In this document: positions 41,001 through 50,856 of the stretch, piece by piece | Numbering within the stretch: position 1 is the first letter of the stretch | Layout: every line of letters starts with the position of its first letter | Assembly: GCA_036269375.1 (NCBI GenBank) | Contig: DATASE010000101.1 | Span: 1,915 to 65,914, forward strand | Direction: 5' to 3' | Length of the DNA stretch: 64,000 bases | Origin: Solirubrobacteraceae bacterium | GTDB taxonomy: Bacteria > Actinomycetota > Thermoleophilia > Solirubrobacterales > Solirubrobacteraceae | Notes under the pieces: model-generated | What the model was told of the DNA's origin: nothing | The model's input: only the letters and a program-made list of their open reading frames with translations | Database searches by the model: none | Translations under genes and position numbers: made by a program

Positions 41001-41274
41001 CCGCCGGCGGGCCGACCTCCTGCACCGGCGCGCCGTCGTGGAGCCGGATCCCCGTGCGCAGGATCTCGTGGCGCAGCACGATCGTGTTCAGCGCGGCGGC
41101 GAGCAGGTCTGCGTCGAGATTGGTGCCCACGCGCACGAGCGTCGGCACGTTGTACGCCGATGACCCGGGCATGAGCTGGTCCAGCAGGAACAGTCGCTCC
41201 TGCGAGCTGGAGAGCGGTGCGGGACCAGAGGGCGCCTGCGGGCGAAGCGCCGCGTCGGGCCCGGCGGCGGCCAT
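38038..41274 (-). CDS. NRPS module C-A-T; A predicted Gly-like
   Basis: C motif HHVASDH; pocket DLPQVGMVWK; T motif LGGHSM. Confidence 0.92.
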   Translation of the reverse strand: MAAAGPDAALRPQAPSGPAPLSSSQERLFLLDQLMPGSSAYNVPTLVRVGTNLDADLLAAALNTIVLRHEILRTGIRLHDGAPVQEVGPPAEVQLTVVDMRELPRDERQAQAEQALAELASRGFDLTGDVMLRAGLVHIDDGEDLLLVVFHHVASDHASGALLFAELDAIYTSLRDGTEPALPQLPIQYADFARSQREQLSGPYLQELLDYWRGQLAGAPERLQLPTDRPRPSTQSYAGRLCEFTLSAEETEPLRELARAQSASLFMVLLAGFQALVHRYTGALDLVIGTPVSGRQDEQIAPLLGFFSNTLALRTDVSDDPTVAQLLGRAKAGTLQARAHQDLPFERLVEELNPERSQSHTPIFQVLFGFDVAQTPPTLAGCELDQLPVPGWQWSRFDLSVVVREQTDGSLRAQLEYSSDLFDASTIERLIDHYRTLLAAAARDPEQRLSELPLLTPAERKQMLIEWNATARGYDRRALHEQFSDQAARRPDAIAVQDGHERISYGSLQRRSSQLARELRDLGVEPGGLVALCLDRSIDLLVAMLGVLQTGAAYVPIEPTYPPQRQELIVADAGASVLVTEERHLGLIDPRNTTVLCMDRDRPRLDAQPDLALELAVGPDSLAYVIYTSGSTGQPKGVEISHRSVANLLEQMRERPGIEQNDVLANLTTPAFDLSVPDWHLPLTSGARLAIVPREATLDGVELADWLARTSATIVQATPTTWQMLVDAGWKGSEQLKIVCGGEALPRGLAEQLLQRGHSLWHMYGPTETTVWSSILQLGTQAGEGPTPLGGPIANTSFYVMDTGRQPVPIGVPGELYIGGDGVARGYHGRAELTAERFVADPFALSGTGRLYRTGDLVRWRADATLEFLGRIDQQVKLRGFRIELEEIEAVLSAHASVAAAVAAVREDTPGDRRLVAYVVAAEGQAVEHEQLRRTLRGSLPPFMVPSIFVELTELPVTPNGKLDRAALPAPDGARPELERPYAEPEGPMQEALASIWREVLSIDKVGIDDDFFRLGGHSMLAVRMVARVRDTLGLELPLARVFERPTIRELAASVTRQMLGEVSESDLEDMLSELEEL

Positions 41275-44200
41275 CAGCCGCCCGCCTCGGGCGAGAGGTC
41301 CTCGGCCAGCAGGCGCTGTGCCTCCTCGTCTGACATGCCCTCCAGCTCGGCCATCAGCTTGGCGGTCTCGTCTCCCTCGGACTCGCCCATCATGCGCATG
41401 ATCTCGGTTGTCAGAGTCGCGACTGTCGGGCTGGTGAACAGGCTGTGTAGCGGCAGGTCAACCGCAAAGTCGCTGCGAACCTGCGCGACCACCTGGGTCG
41501 CTAGCAGCGAGTGGCCGCCCAGTGCGAAGAATTCGTCATTCACCCCCACGCGTGGCAGCCCGAGAACCTGTGCCCAGATCGCCGCCACCGCCTCCTCAAG
41601 CGGTGTCCGCGGCGCAACGTACTCGACGCTCTGTGCCTCCTCGGCCTCGGGCTCGGGCAGCTTCAGCCTGTCGATCTTGCCACTGGGCGTGCGCGGGAGC
41701 GCGTCGAGCAGCACGATCGCCGAGGGCAGCATGAACTCGGGCAGCCAATCGGCCAGCTGCGTGAGCAGCTGCTCTTGCTGGAGCGCGCCGTCGGTCACGC
41801 AGTAGGCAAGCAGGCGCGGCTCGGCCGCGTCGGTACGGACGACCGCGACCGCCTCGCGGACCCCCTGCAGCGAGCACAGGGCCGCCTCGACCTCCGCCGG
41901 CTCGACGCGATAGCCCCGCAGCTTGACCTGCTCGTCCACGCGCCCGAGGAACTCGAGCGATCCATCGGGCAGCCAGCGGACGAGATCGCCGGTGTCGTAC
42001 ATGCGTCGAGTGTCGTTGGCGAATGGGTCCTCGGAGAACCGCTCGGCGGTCATCTCCGGCTCGCCGACGTAGCCGCGTGCGACGCCGGCGCCCGAGACGA
42101 ACAGCCGGCCGGGAACGCCGACCGGGATCGGGCGGCGACGCTCGTCGAGCACGTAGCAGGAGGTGTTCGCGATCGGCTGGCCGATCGGCACGCTGGCGGG
42201 CGCGTACTCGCCCCGCCCCTGCCCGACGGCAAACGTGCAGCAGCCGATCGTCGTCTCGGTCGGGCCGTAATGGTTGAGGATCTGGCAGTCCCCGAGCGAT
42301 CGCACCCGCTCGATCAGCTCCCAGCTTGCAAGCTCGCCGCCCACCACGAGCCAGCGCCGCGGCAGCGCTCGTGCGTCGCCGGCTGCCAGCAGGGCGCGAA
42401 TGTGCGAAGGGGTGATCTTCAGGACGTCGACAGCTGTGTCTTGCATCAGCTCGGCAAACGCGCCGGGATCGCCGGCGATCGCCGGGTCGACCAGCACCAG
42501 CGTGCCGCCCGAGCACAGCGCCCCGAACACCGAGGTGTTGCCGAGGTCGGTCGAGATCGAGGTCACAAGCGCAAACGACATCGGCTCCCGTTGCGCGTCC
42601 AGTCGCTCGAGGATGAAGGCCGCGTAGTTGGCGAGGTTGCCGTGGGTGACGGCAACCCCCTTTGGCGTGCCGGTCGATCCGGACGTGTAGACGATGTAGG
42701 CAACGTCCTCGCTCGAGACGGCGCTCGCGGGCGCCGTGCTCGGCTCGCCCTCGAGCGCCTGGCGATCCCCGTCGACACAAACGACCTCGCCCTCGAATGA
42801 ACCAAGTCGGTCGAGCACGCGCTGCTGGGCGACCACCACGCCTGCGCCGGCGCTCTTCAGCTGGTGGCGCAGCCGCGCGGAGGGGTGCTCGTGATGAAGC
42901 GGCACGTAGGCGCCGCCTGCCTTGAGGATCCCAAGCAGCCCGACGATCATCTCGTTGGACCGCTCGGCGAGCAGTCCCACCGCGGAGCCGGGCCCAACGC
43001 CAAGTGCGGCCAGCCGCTGCGCGAGCTGGTTCGCGCGGGCGTCGAGCTCGCCATAGGAGATCGAGCCGTCGCGATCGATCGCTGCCTCTCGCTCGGGCGT
43101 CGACTGCGCCCATTGCGCGATCGTCTCGTGCACGCACAGTCGCGGTAGCTCGGCGGCGGTTTCGTTGAATTCGCGCAGCACGCGGTCGCGTTCCTGATCG
43201 CCCAGTAGGTCGACCGTACCCAGCTCGACGCTCGGGTCCGCCGCTGCCGCCAACAGCGCCAGCTCGAGCCCCTGAGCAAGCTGCTGCACTGCCTCGCGGC
43301 GATGACGCTTGGGGTCGAACAGCAGACTGAGGCGGGGACGCTCCCCGCCGGTCCCGCACACCAACAGCAGTCGTTGCTGCGGGCCGCAGTTGAGCACACG
43401 CTCGAGCGTCGCCCGGACGCCGTCGTGTTCGGGCAGCGCCGCCGGAAACTCCACGAAGCCGATCTCGGCCTCCTCAGCACCGCCGGCGGGGGCGTAGTCG
43501 GCCCTGACCAGCGCGTCGCTGCGGGCTCTGTCGACCTCGGCCAGCACCTCGGCGAAGGAGCGGCTCGGGTCGACGGCCGTCGAGATCGGCACCGGACGCG
43601 CGAACGCCCCGATGGCACCCTCGAGGTCGGCGTGGCGGCGTTCGCAGGGGGTGTAGGCGACAGTAACCGTCTCGCTGTCGGCCAGTGCGCCGAGGACGGC
43701 GTGCCAAGCGGCCTGCACAAGCGACTCGGTTGGTGCGTTGTAGCGCGCTGCCTGCTCGGCCAGCGCCCGAGCGCAGGTCGCCCCGATCTCCAAAGACAAC
43801 TGCTCGACCGTCGCGTGCTCGTTGACCGGGAGCGTGAACGGCAGCGTGGGGGAATCGGACTGTCCGAGCTCGGACCAGAAGGCCCGGGCCGCGCGGGCCT
43901 CGTCCTCGTCTGACTCGCTCAGTTCGTGTTGCCAGGCGGAGAAGTCCGCATACTGGAGCGGTTCCTCGACCAAATCGGCCCCCGCCAGCTGGCCGAGCAC
44001 CTCCGCCAACAGCAGCGAGGTGGAGGACTGGTCGGCGCACAGCGCCGACAGCGTCAGGATCAGGTGCGTTACACCCCCTGGCCCGTCGACGAGCGTGGCG
44101 TGTACGAGCGGTCCGTGCTCGAGCTCGAACGGCGCCTGCAGCTCGGAGAGGCAGAGCTCCTCGATCCGGCGCGCCAGCTGTTGCGGCTCCAGCTCAGACA

Positions 44201-44474
44201 GATTCAGCGTCTCGATCCGCGGCTCGAGCTCGGCGTGAACGGCTTGCAGGGGAAATGTGAGCCCAGGCTGGCGCGCGAAGGTGGTGCGTAGGCTCTCGTG
44301 CCTTGCCACGACTCCGCCCAGAGCGGCCGCAACGGCGGCGCTACCGTGCCCCTCGATCGCCAGAACGGCCTGCACGCGAGCCGCAGGACCCTGCGGCTCG
44401 GCGGTCCAGATCCGTTCCTGCTGCGGCGAGGATTGATAGCTGTCCGTGGCGCTATCCGACATTCCGTTGTCCAC
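41274..44474 (-). CDS. NRPS module with His-less C-like (interface) domain-A-T; A predicted Asp
   Basis: C-like motif SALCADQ; pocket DLTKVGHIGK; T motif LGGHSL; acidic C-terminal helix. Confidence 0.9.
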   Translation of the reverse strand: MDNGMSDSATDSYQSSPQQERIWTAEPQGPAARVQAVLAIEGHGSAAVAAALGGVVARHESLRTTFARQPGLTFPLQAVHAELEPRIETLNLSELEPQQLARRIEELCLSELQAPFELEHGPLVHATLVDGPGGVTHLILTLSALCADQSSTSLLLAEVLGQLAGADLVEEPLQYADFSAWQHELSESDEDEARAARAFWSELGQSDSPTLPFTLPVNEHATVEQLSLEIGATCARALAEQAARYNAPTESLVQAAWHAVLGALADSETVTVAYTPCERRHADLEGAIGAFARPVPISTAVDPSRSFAEVLAEVDRARSDALVRADYAPAGGAEEAEIGFVEFPAALPEHDGVRATLERVLNCGPQQRLLLVCGTGGERPRLSLLFDPKRHRREAVQQLAQGLELALLAAAADPSVELGTVDLLGDQERDRVLREFNETAAELPRLCVHETIAQWAQSTPEREAAIDRDGSISYGELDARANQLAQRLAALGVGPGSAVGLLAERSNEMIVGLLGILKAGGAYVPLHHEHPSARLRHQLKSAGAGVVVAQQRVLDRLGSFEGEVVCVDGDRQALEGEPSTAPASAVSSEDVAYIVYTSGSTGTPKGVAVTHGNLANYAAFILERLDAQREPMSFALVTSISTDLGNTSVFGALCSGGTLVLVDPAIAGDPGAFAELMQDTAVDVLKITPSHIRALLAAGDARALPRRWLVVGGELASWELIERVRSLGDCQILNHYGPTETTIGCCTFAVGQGRGEYAPASVPIGQPIANTSCYVLDERRRPIPVGVPGRLFVSGAGVARGYVGEPEMTAERFSEDPFANDTRRMYDTGDLVRWLPDGSLEFLGRVDEQVKLRGYRVEPAEVEAALCSLQGVREAVAVVRTDAAEPRLLAYCVTDGALQQEQLLTQLADWLPEFMLPSAIVLLDALPRTPSGKIDRLKLPEPEAEEAQSVEYVAPRTPLEEAVAAIWAQVLGLPRVGVNDEFFALGGHSLLATQVVAQVRSDFAVDLPLHSLFTSPTVATLTTEIMRMMGESEGDETAKLMAELEGMSDEEAQRLLAEDLSPEAGG

Positions 44475-44621
44475 GAGGCACCTTACCCCCAGTTCCTATT
44501 CGTCGAGAGTGCTGAGGCCAATTCGCCTCATCCAAATCGTAGCTGAGCCAACTACTCCGACTAACGCCCGTACGCGACGGCAACTGACGCGCGGAGGACG
44601 AACTTTTCCGGCACCCATGGC

Positions 44622-44649
44622 GACGGCGGCCACGCTCGCGGCCGCCGTC
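44622..44649. terminator. GC-rich hairpin downstream of 44695..45762
   Basis: GACGGCGGCC-N8-GGCCGCCGTC; no U-tract on the minus strand. Confidence 0.4.
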
Positions 44650-44694
44650 AAACGGGGTGTCCGCCACGATCGGCGGACACCGGCTGCTTTGCGA

Positions 44695-45762
44695 TCAGTG
44701 CAGCTGCATCGTCAGCAGCTGTAGGTGGCTCCAGGGGAAGCTCCGGAGCAGCTTGAAGGGATATTGACCTTCGAAGTAGCCGCTGGGAGCTATGTACGGG
44801 TTGGTGCCCGTCGGCGTCGGGTCTTGAGCGTAGAACGTGATGTTCGAGCTTCGATCCCTGACGACGATGCCATAGCGCTGTGCCGCTTCGGCGAGCATCA
44901 GCACGACGTGGGGCAGTTTCAGCGTTGCCAGATTGAGGTTCGGGTCGAGTCGCAGGTGGGCTCCCTCCGGGAGCGCCGATGGTTCGTTTGAGTTGCCGTC
45001 GGTGCGCTGCGCCGGCGAGGCGTACGCGCCGGCGCGGGTGTTCGGGGCGGCCATCGCCAGTGCGTGGTTGATCTGTCCGCGCTGAAAGTCTTCAAGCGTG
45101 ATCAGGCCGCCGACGACCGGCAGTGAGGTCGCGGTCGAGCCCCAGGCGTTGATGTCGCGTTCCCATGCAGAGAAGTTGAGGATCAGCTGCGGCCAGGCCA
45201 GGAGGTTGTACGCGCCCGGGTTGCTCGACACGTTTTGCATCGCACCCCCCCACGCGGCTGTCGGGCCGGTCGCTGTCTGTTCGAAGCCGAAGAACTCCCA
45301 CATCTTGTCGGTGCTCGGCTGCCAGACGACCAGGTGTTTGTCGGTTCCTTTTGCGGGTTGCGCGCCTGGTGGCAGCGGCACAGCGTTCCACGCCGTCTGC
45401 AGCGGGTTGGTCGAGGAGCCGGCGCCTTTGTTGAGCACCATCTTGACCAGGGGCTGGCCGGCGGGGACGGTATAGATCGGCACCGACCAGGCGGTTGTGT
45501 TGATGTTCAGACCGTTGTTGGGCGCCTCTCGTGCGACGATCTGGTTGAGGTTGCCGATGATGGCCGCCGAGCTTGGGTCAAGCGTGGCCCCGGCGCTCAG
45601 AGGTGCGTTCCAAATGCTCGTTTCTGAAAAGAAGTGGGTGGTCGAGCCGAACACCGCGGCTGGGATGGTTGCGCTTCCCGCGAATGCGACTGCGCTCAGC
45701 AGCAAGGCGGTGAGTGCCCGGCGGATCGCCGGCAAAGATGGGTGGTTGTGCGCACGTGACAT
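44695..45762 (-). CDS. Secreted protein of unknown function, paralog of the C-terminal domain of 24193..25914
   Basis: Signal peptide; RBS AAGGAGG; long identical blocks such as NGLNINTTAWSVPIYTVPAGQPLV and YASPAQRTDGNS. Confidence 0.85.
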   Translation of the reverse strand: MSRAHNHPSLPAIRRALTALLLSAVAFAGSATIPAAVFGSTTHFFSETSIWNAPLSAGATLDPSSAAIIGNLNQIVAREAPNNGLNINTTAWSVPIYTVPAGQPLVKMVLNKGAGSSTNPLQTAWNAVPLPPGAQPAKGTDKHLVVWQPSTDKMWEFFGFEQTATGPTAAWGGAMQNVSSNPGAYNLLAWPQLILNFSAWERDINAWGSTATSLPVVGGLITLEDFQRGQINHALAMAAPNTRAGAYASPAQRTDGNSNEPSALPEGAHLRLDPNLNLATLKLPHVVLMLAEAAQRYGIVVRDRSSNITFYAQDPTPTGTNPYIAPSGYFEGQYPFKLLRSFPWSHLQLLTMQLH

Positions 45763-46144
45763 GGTCAGACCTCCTTGTCCTCAGCTGGGCCGCGGTGCGG
45801 ACGCGGGGTGCTGGGCGATTGAGTTCTCTATGACTTGACCCGGGTTGCGAGGGTCAGTGCAGGTATCGGAGGGCCGAAGCAGGCGTGGTTGCGTAATCGC
45901 CCTCACTCGCGCTCGTCAGAAGACCGCCTTCCTTTGCGGAGCGCTCCTTTGCCCCGTGCGGTCCTGTCTCTAACGCACGCGCGCAAAAATGCAATTGCGG
46001 CGCGTTGCTCTATCCGCGCCCGCGGCGCGACCTCGGGCGGAGTGAAGTGGACGATCGGCGCTGCCCACTAGCGACCGGCCCTGCGCGCTGGCAACCACCG
46101 GCCCCGCCACCGGCGACCGCCGGCCCAGCCCTAGGATCGACCTA

Positions 46145-47632
46145 CTACCGCTTGGCGCGGGTCGATCGGCGCTTGATCGAGTGTCCGGCCCTGGCCCCGT
46201 CGTCCCCCTCGTCGAGAGCGAGCGCGAGGACCGGCGTGTCGGGGCGCTCGAGGACCTGAACGAGCAGCGCGCTCAGCCGTCGCTGCAGGCCCCCGACCGA
46301 CGCGGGTCCGAACAGGTCCTGGTCGTACTCGAGATAGCCGCCGAGCTCGCTGCGACGGAGCTCGAGCTCGAGCGCCAGGTCAAAGCGCGAGAAGCCGATG
46401 TCGATCGACAGTGGTTCGACCTGAAGTCCCTGCAAGGCTAGCGCCGGCCGTTCGCTGGCCTGGGCTCGAAAGTTCACCTGGAAGAGCGGGTTGTAGGCCG
46501 GATCGCGCCTGGGCGCGACGGTGGCCACTACCTGCTCGAAGGGCAGGTCCTGGTGTGCGTAGGCACCGAGCGCGGCCTCGCGTGCGCGCCGAATGGCCTC
46601 GCGAAACGACGGGTTGCCACCGAGCTTGACGCGCAGCGCGATCGTATTGGTGAAGAAGCCGATCAGGCCCTGCAACTCGACGTTGTTGCGGTTGGCGATC
46701 GGGCTGCCGATGACGACGTCCTGCTCTCCGCTCCAGCGGTACAGCAGCGTGGCGAACGCCGCCAGCATCACCATGAAGAAGGTCGCGCCCTGCTCGCGGC
46801 CGAGAGCCTGTAGGTCGTCGCCGAGCTGCCGCGGCAGCGAGAACTCGTGGTGAGCCCCGGCGTGGCGTTGGATCGAGCGCCGCGGGCGATCGGTGGGGAG
46901 TCGCAGCAGCTCAGGCGAGCCCTCGAGCGTCCTGGCCCAGTAGGAGCAGAGCTCTTGGAGCGCTGTCCCTTTCAGTCGCTCGTGTTGCCACGCCGCGTAG
47001 TCAGCGTACTGGATCGGCAGCGCCGGTAGCGCCGCGCCGCGGCCCGAGAGCGCAGCGTCGTAGCACTCGGCAAGCTCCGCGAACAGGATGCTGTCCGAAT
47101 GCGCGTCGGCGGCTATGTGATGCATGCCGATCAGCAACACGTGTTCCTCGGCTGAGAGCCGCACGAGATCGGCGCGCAGCATCAGGTCGGCGGTCAGGTC
47201 GAACGGGCGACGCGAGAGCTCGCGCAGCAGTCGCGCCAACTCCTGCTCTGCGTGCTCGGGCGGCAGGGGGCGCGTCGGTAGCTCGAAGGACCAGCTCTCG
47301 AGTACCCGCTGGTGCGGCTCGAGCCCGGGGACGATCACGGTTCGCAGGCTCTCGTGCCGCTCGATCACCGTGCGTATCGCGCCCTCCATGGCGTTGTGGC
47401 TCAGCGTGCCGCGCAGCCGTAGAGCGCGCGCGCCGTTGAAGGTAGGCGAGCCTGGTTCCCACTGCTCCAGAAACCACATCCGCTGTTGAGCGAACGACAG
47501 CGGCGCTGGTCCATCCACGGCGCGGCGTGCGATCACCACCTCGCCCGCGCTCGTTTCGCGGCGCCGGCGTAGGGCACGCTCGAGGAGTGCTCGCTTGGCC
47601 TCGGACTGGGATTGCGGCTGAGGACCGCTCAC
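46145..47632 (-). CDS. Free-standing NRPS condensation domain
   Basis: PLSFAQQRMWFL, RHESLRT, HHIAADA, QYADYA.WQ, IGFFTNT; N-terminal KRALLERAL docking-like helix. Confidence 0.9.
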   Translation of the reverse strand: MSGPQPQSQSEAKRALLERALRRRRETSAGEVVIARRAVDGPAPLSFAQQRMWFLEQWEPGSPTFNGARALRLRGTLSHNAMEGAIRTVIERHESLRTVIVPGLEPHQRVLESWSFELPTRPLPPEHAEQELARLLRELSRRPFDLTADLMLRADLVRLSAEEHVLLIGMHHIAADAHSDSILFAELAECYDAALSGRGAALPALPIQYADYAAWQHERLKGTALQELCSYWARTLEGSPELLRLPTDRPRRSIQRHAGAHHEFSLPRQLGDDLQALGREQGATFFMVMLAAFATLLYRWSGEQDVVIGSPIANRNNVELQGLIGFFTNTIALRVKLGGNPSFREAIRRAREAALGAYAHQDLPFEQVVATVAPRRDPAYNPLFQVNFRAQASERPALALQGLQVEPLSIDIGFSRFDLALELELRRSELGGYLEYDQDLFGPASVGGLQRRLSALLVQVLERPDTPVLALALDEGDDGARAGHSIKRRSTRAKR

Positions 47633-50600
47633 CGCGCTCCGGCGCCGACTGCGTCGGCGTTGCCGGCTGCGCGGATCACGTCTGCCAGGGCAGCGACCGT
47701 GGGCGCCGCCAGCAGAGCGCGCAGCGAGACGTCGCCGTAGGTGCGACGGATCCTCATCGTCGCCTGCGTGGCCAGCAGTGAGTGGCCGCCCAGTGCGAAG
47801 AAGTCGTCGAGCGCGCCGACGCGCTCGACCCCGAGCAGTTCCTCCCAGATCGTTGCGATCTGCTGCTCGACCTCGTCGCGCGGGGCCACGTACTCGGCCT
47901 CACGCGCAGCCTGCACCTCGGCGATGTTCGCGAGCGCCTGGCGGTCCACCTTCCCACTCGCCGTAAGCGGCAGCGCGTCGACTGTCATGAACGCCGACGG
48001 GATCATGTGGTCGGGCACGATCTCGGCGAGGAACGAGCGCAGCTCCCCGGCTGGCGGCGATTGCGGAGCGACCAGGTAGGCCACCAGCCGCACCGCGCCC
48101 CGTTCGTCGTCCTCCGCACAGACGGCGGCTTGGCGCACAGCGGTGTGCCCGAGCAGTGCGGCCTCGACCTCTGCCGGCTCGACTCTGAAGCCGCGGATCT
48201 TCACCTGGTCATCGACGCGGCCCAGGAACTCGATCGCGCCGTCTCTGAGCATCCTCACGCGATCTCCGGTGCGATACATCCGCGGAGAGCCCGTGCCGGC
48301 GTCTGCAAACGGGTCGGCTGTGAATCGCCGCGTGTCCTGCTCTTCGGCTCCCACATAGCCTGCGGCCACGCCCTCACCGGCGATGCAGAGCTCGCCGGGG
48401 ACACCGACAGGGGCAGGCTCCAGGCTGCCGTCGAGGACGTATGCCCGCGTTCGAGCCAGCGGGAAGCCGATCGGCACCGTCAAAGCGTCAGGGCGCGGCC
48501 GTGCGTCCACCGGGTAGGTGGTGCACCCGATGGTCGTCTCTGTTGGCCCGTAATGGTTGAGGATTCGACAGTCCGACGCGAGCGCGCGGGTCGCTTCCAC
48601 GAGCTCCCACGAGAGTGCCTCGCCGCCTACGATCAGCCACTCCCGGGGCAGCGCCTGCTCGGTGCCGGCCGCGAGCAGGGCGCGCAGATGCGACGGGGCG
48701 ATCTTCAGCACGTCGAGTCGCTCGCCGTTCAGCTCCCGCGCGAGCGTCTCGCCGTCCATCGAGGCTTCCGCGCTTATCAGCCGCACCGCGCCACCGCAGA
48801 CCAGCGGCGCGAAGATCGAGGTGTTTCCCAGGTCGGTGCTGATCGAGGAGATGACGCCGAAGGTGCGAGCCGTCGCCTCCTCGCCGTCGCCGAGTCGCTG
48901 CCCGATCGCGGCCGCATAGTTGGCCAGGTTGGCGTGCGTGATGGCGACCCCCTTGGGGGCGCCGGTCGAGCCGGAGGTGTACATCACATAGACGAGATCT
49001 CCGTGCTTTACGCTGCGGACCGGTTCCTGCGCGGGGCGGGCTGCAATCGACTCGGCGTCGCGATCGACGCACACGCAGGCTCCGTCGAACGACGGCAGGC
49101 TCTCCAGCAAAGACTGTTCGGTGATCAAGGCGCGCACCTCGGCGTCGCGCAGCTGGTGTGCTATGCGGGCCTGGGGGTGGTCGTGGTTGAGGGGAACGTA
49201 GGCACCCCCGGCCTTGATGACCGCAAGCAGCGCGACGATCGTCGACGGCGTTCGCTCCATGCAGATGCCGACTCTCTGCCCCGCCTGCACCCCGAGCTGC
49301 TCGAGGTGGTTTGCCAGCCGGTTTGCGGCGACGTCCAGCTCGGCGTAGCTCAGCGACTCGCCCGCCGGTCCGATCGCGGCGGGCCGGTCGGGGGTCAGCT
49401 GTGCCTGTCGGGTGAACTGCTCGTGCACGAATGCCGGCTCCTCGCCGGACGCGGGGGCGGCCGAGCGTGTGAGGATCAGCTCGCGCTCGGCGGGCTCGAG
49501 AATGCAGAGATCGGCGACACGGGCCGAGGGGTCGGCGAGCGCGCCGCGCAACAGCGTCACGAATCTCCTGCCCAGCTCGCCGACGTCCTCGCTGGCGATC
49601 GCGGTGGGGTCGTAGTGGATGGCGCCGGTCACGCTCGAGCCGTCGGTGCGTAGGGCCAGCATCACCGCCGATCCGGTCGAGGCCGGTCGCAGGGCCAGAA
49701 CCTTGCTCACCGGTGAGAGCATCGGCGCGGTGGTGTGAAAAGCCCATCCCGCCGCGGCCCGGTTGGCAACGGCCGCGAGCTCCTCGCCGCCGCCGTAGTC
49801 CTGCCAGCGAACGGCTGCCGAGCGGGCGCGGCGGACCTGATCCACTATCTCCGCAAACGAGGTCGTCTCGCGCAGTCGCGAGCGGATCGGCGCGGGCTGC
49901 TCGTAGGGCCCGATCGCCTGCGCCAGGTCCGGTTGCGCACGACCGTCGCACCACCCCGCGACCAGCAGCTCCGGCTCCCCCGAGAGGCGTGCGAGCAAGG
50001 CGTGCCACGCCGCCTCCAGGAACACGGGGACGGTGGCGCCGGCGCCCACCGCGGCGCCATTGAGCTCCTCGAGCGCGATCCCGTCGAGCTTGACGCGCGA
50101 GCTGGCCCGCGACGAATTCGCAGTCTCGGCGGCGGAGGCGAACAGGAGGCGCGGGCGCGGAGGGGTGCCCTCCAGCTGCTTGCGCCAGTGCTCGAGACCC
50201 TCATGCGTCTCGGCCTCCTCGCCTTCCAGGAGCGAGTGGCGCCACTCGGCGTAGTCGGCGTATTGAAGCGGTTCCTGACCGTCCTGCATGCTCTCTCGGT
50301 AGCGCTCGCACAGCTCGCGCAGCAGCAGCAGCAGAGAGGTCGCGTCGGCGCAGGCGGCGCTGGCGCTCAGCAATAGCAGCGCGCGCTGAGTCTCGGCGCC
50401 TGCAAGCAGAGCCCGTACGAGCGGACCCTGGACGGGGTCGAGCTCGCGCTCTGCCTCGCGCTCGAGCAGCTCGCACAGCGCCTGCTCGTCCTCGCTCGCG
50501 GCGGCCGTGTCGGGCTGGGTGAGCAGCGTCGCGGCCGCCTCCTCGCGGATCACCTGCTGGGGAACCCGCATTCCCGCAGGTCGAACGAAGACGGTGCGCA

Positions 50601-50775
50601 GGATCTCGTGGCGTGCGACCGCAGCGCCCAGCGCAGCCTCGAGCTTGGCCGCGTCGACAGGGCCGTCCAGCACTGCCGCGCATTGGACCACCCCGGGCGC
50701 GCAGTCCCGATCGAAGCACTGCTGCTGCTGAGGTGAGAGCCTGAAGCCGGCCGAGCTGGTGTCTGTCCCATCCAT
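47629..50775 (-). CDS. NRPS module with His-less C-like (interface) domain-A-T; A predicted Asp
   Basis: C-like motif SAACADA; pocket DLTKIGHIGK; T motif LGGHSL. Confidence 0.9.
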   Translation of the reverse strand: MDGTDTSSAGFRLSPQQQQCFDRDCAPGVVQCAAVLDGPVDAAKLEAALGAAVARHEILRTVFVRPAGMRVPQQVIREEAAATLLTQPDTAAASEDEQALCELLEREAERELDPVQGPLVRALLAGAETQRALLLLSASAACADATSLLLLLRELCERYRESMQDGQEPLQYADYAEWRHSLLEGEEAETHEGLEHWRKQLEGTPPRPRLLFASAAETANSSRASSRVKLDGIALEELNGAAVGAGATVPVFLEAAWHALLARLSGEPELLVAGWCDGRAQPDLAQAIGPYEQPAPIRSRLRETTSFAEIVDQVRRARSAAVRWQDYGGGEELAAVANRAAAGWAFHTTAPMLSPVSKVLALRPASTGSAVMLALRTDGSSVTGAIHYDPTAIASEDVGELGRRFVTLLRGALADPSARVADLCILEPAERELILTRSAAPASGEEPAFVHEQFTRQAQLTPDRPAAIGPAGESLSYAELDVAANRLANHLEQLGVQAGQRVGICMERTPSTIVALLAVIKAGGAYVPLNHDHPQARIAHQLRDAEVRALITEQSLLESLPSFDGACVCVDRDAESIAARPAQEPVRSVKHGDLVYVMYTSGSTGAPKGVAITHANLANYAAAIGQRLGDGEEATARTFGVISSISTDLGNTSIFAPLVCGGAVRLISAEASMDGETLARELNGERLDVLKIAPSHLRALLAAGTEQALPREWLIVGGEALSWELVEATRALASDCRILNHYGPTETTIGCTTYPVDARPRPDALTVPIGFPLARTRAYVLDGSLEPAPVGVPGELCIAGEGVAAGYVGAEEQDTRRFTADPFADAGTGSPRMYRTGDRVRMLRDGAIEFLGRVDDQVKIRGFRVEPAEVEAALLGHTAVRQAAVCAEDDERGAVRLVAYLVAPQSPPAGELRSFLAEIVPDHMIPSAFMTVDALPLTASGKVDRQALANIAEVQAAREAEYVAPRDEVEQQIATIWEELLGVERVGALDDFFALGGHSLLATQATMRIRRTYGDVSLRALLAAPTVAALADVIRAAGNADAVGAGAR

Positions 50776-50856
50776 GGGATGCGTCCCCCTAAAGTGCGTG
50801 GAGTTGTTGCGGTCGTCTCCTGCCGCTGATTCGAGACGCCCAAATGGTAGTCACAT

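Noticed and set aside
47782-49653. Long antisense and alternate-frame ORFs over the NRPS and core genes (also 15540..17054, 32236..33753, 52966..54597)
   Set aside because: Expected in high-GC DNA opposite well-supported genes; no motifs
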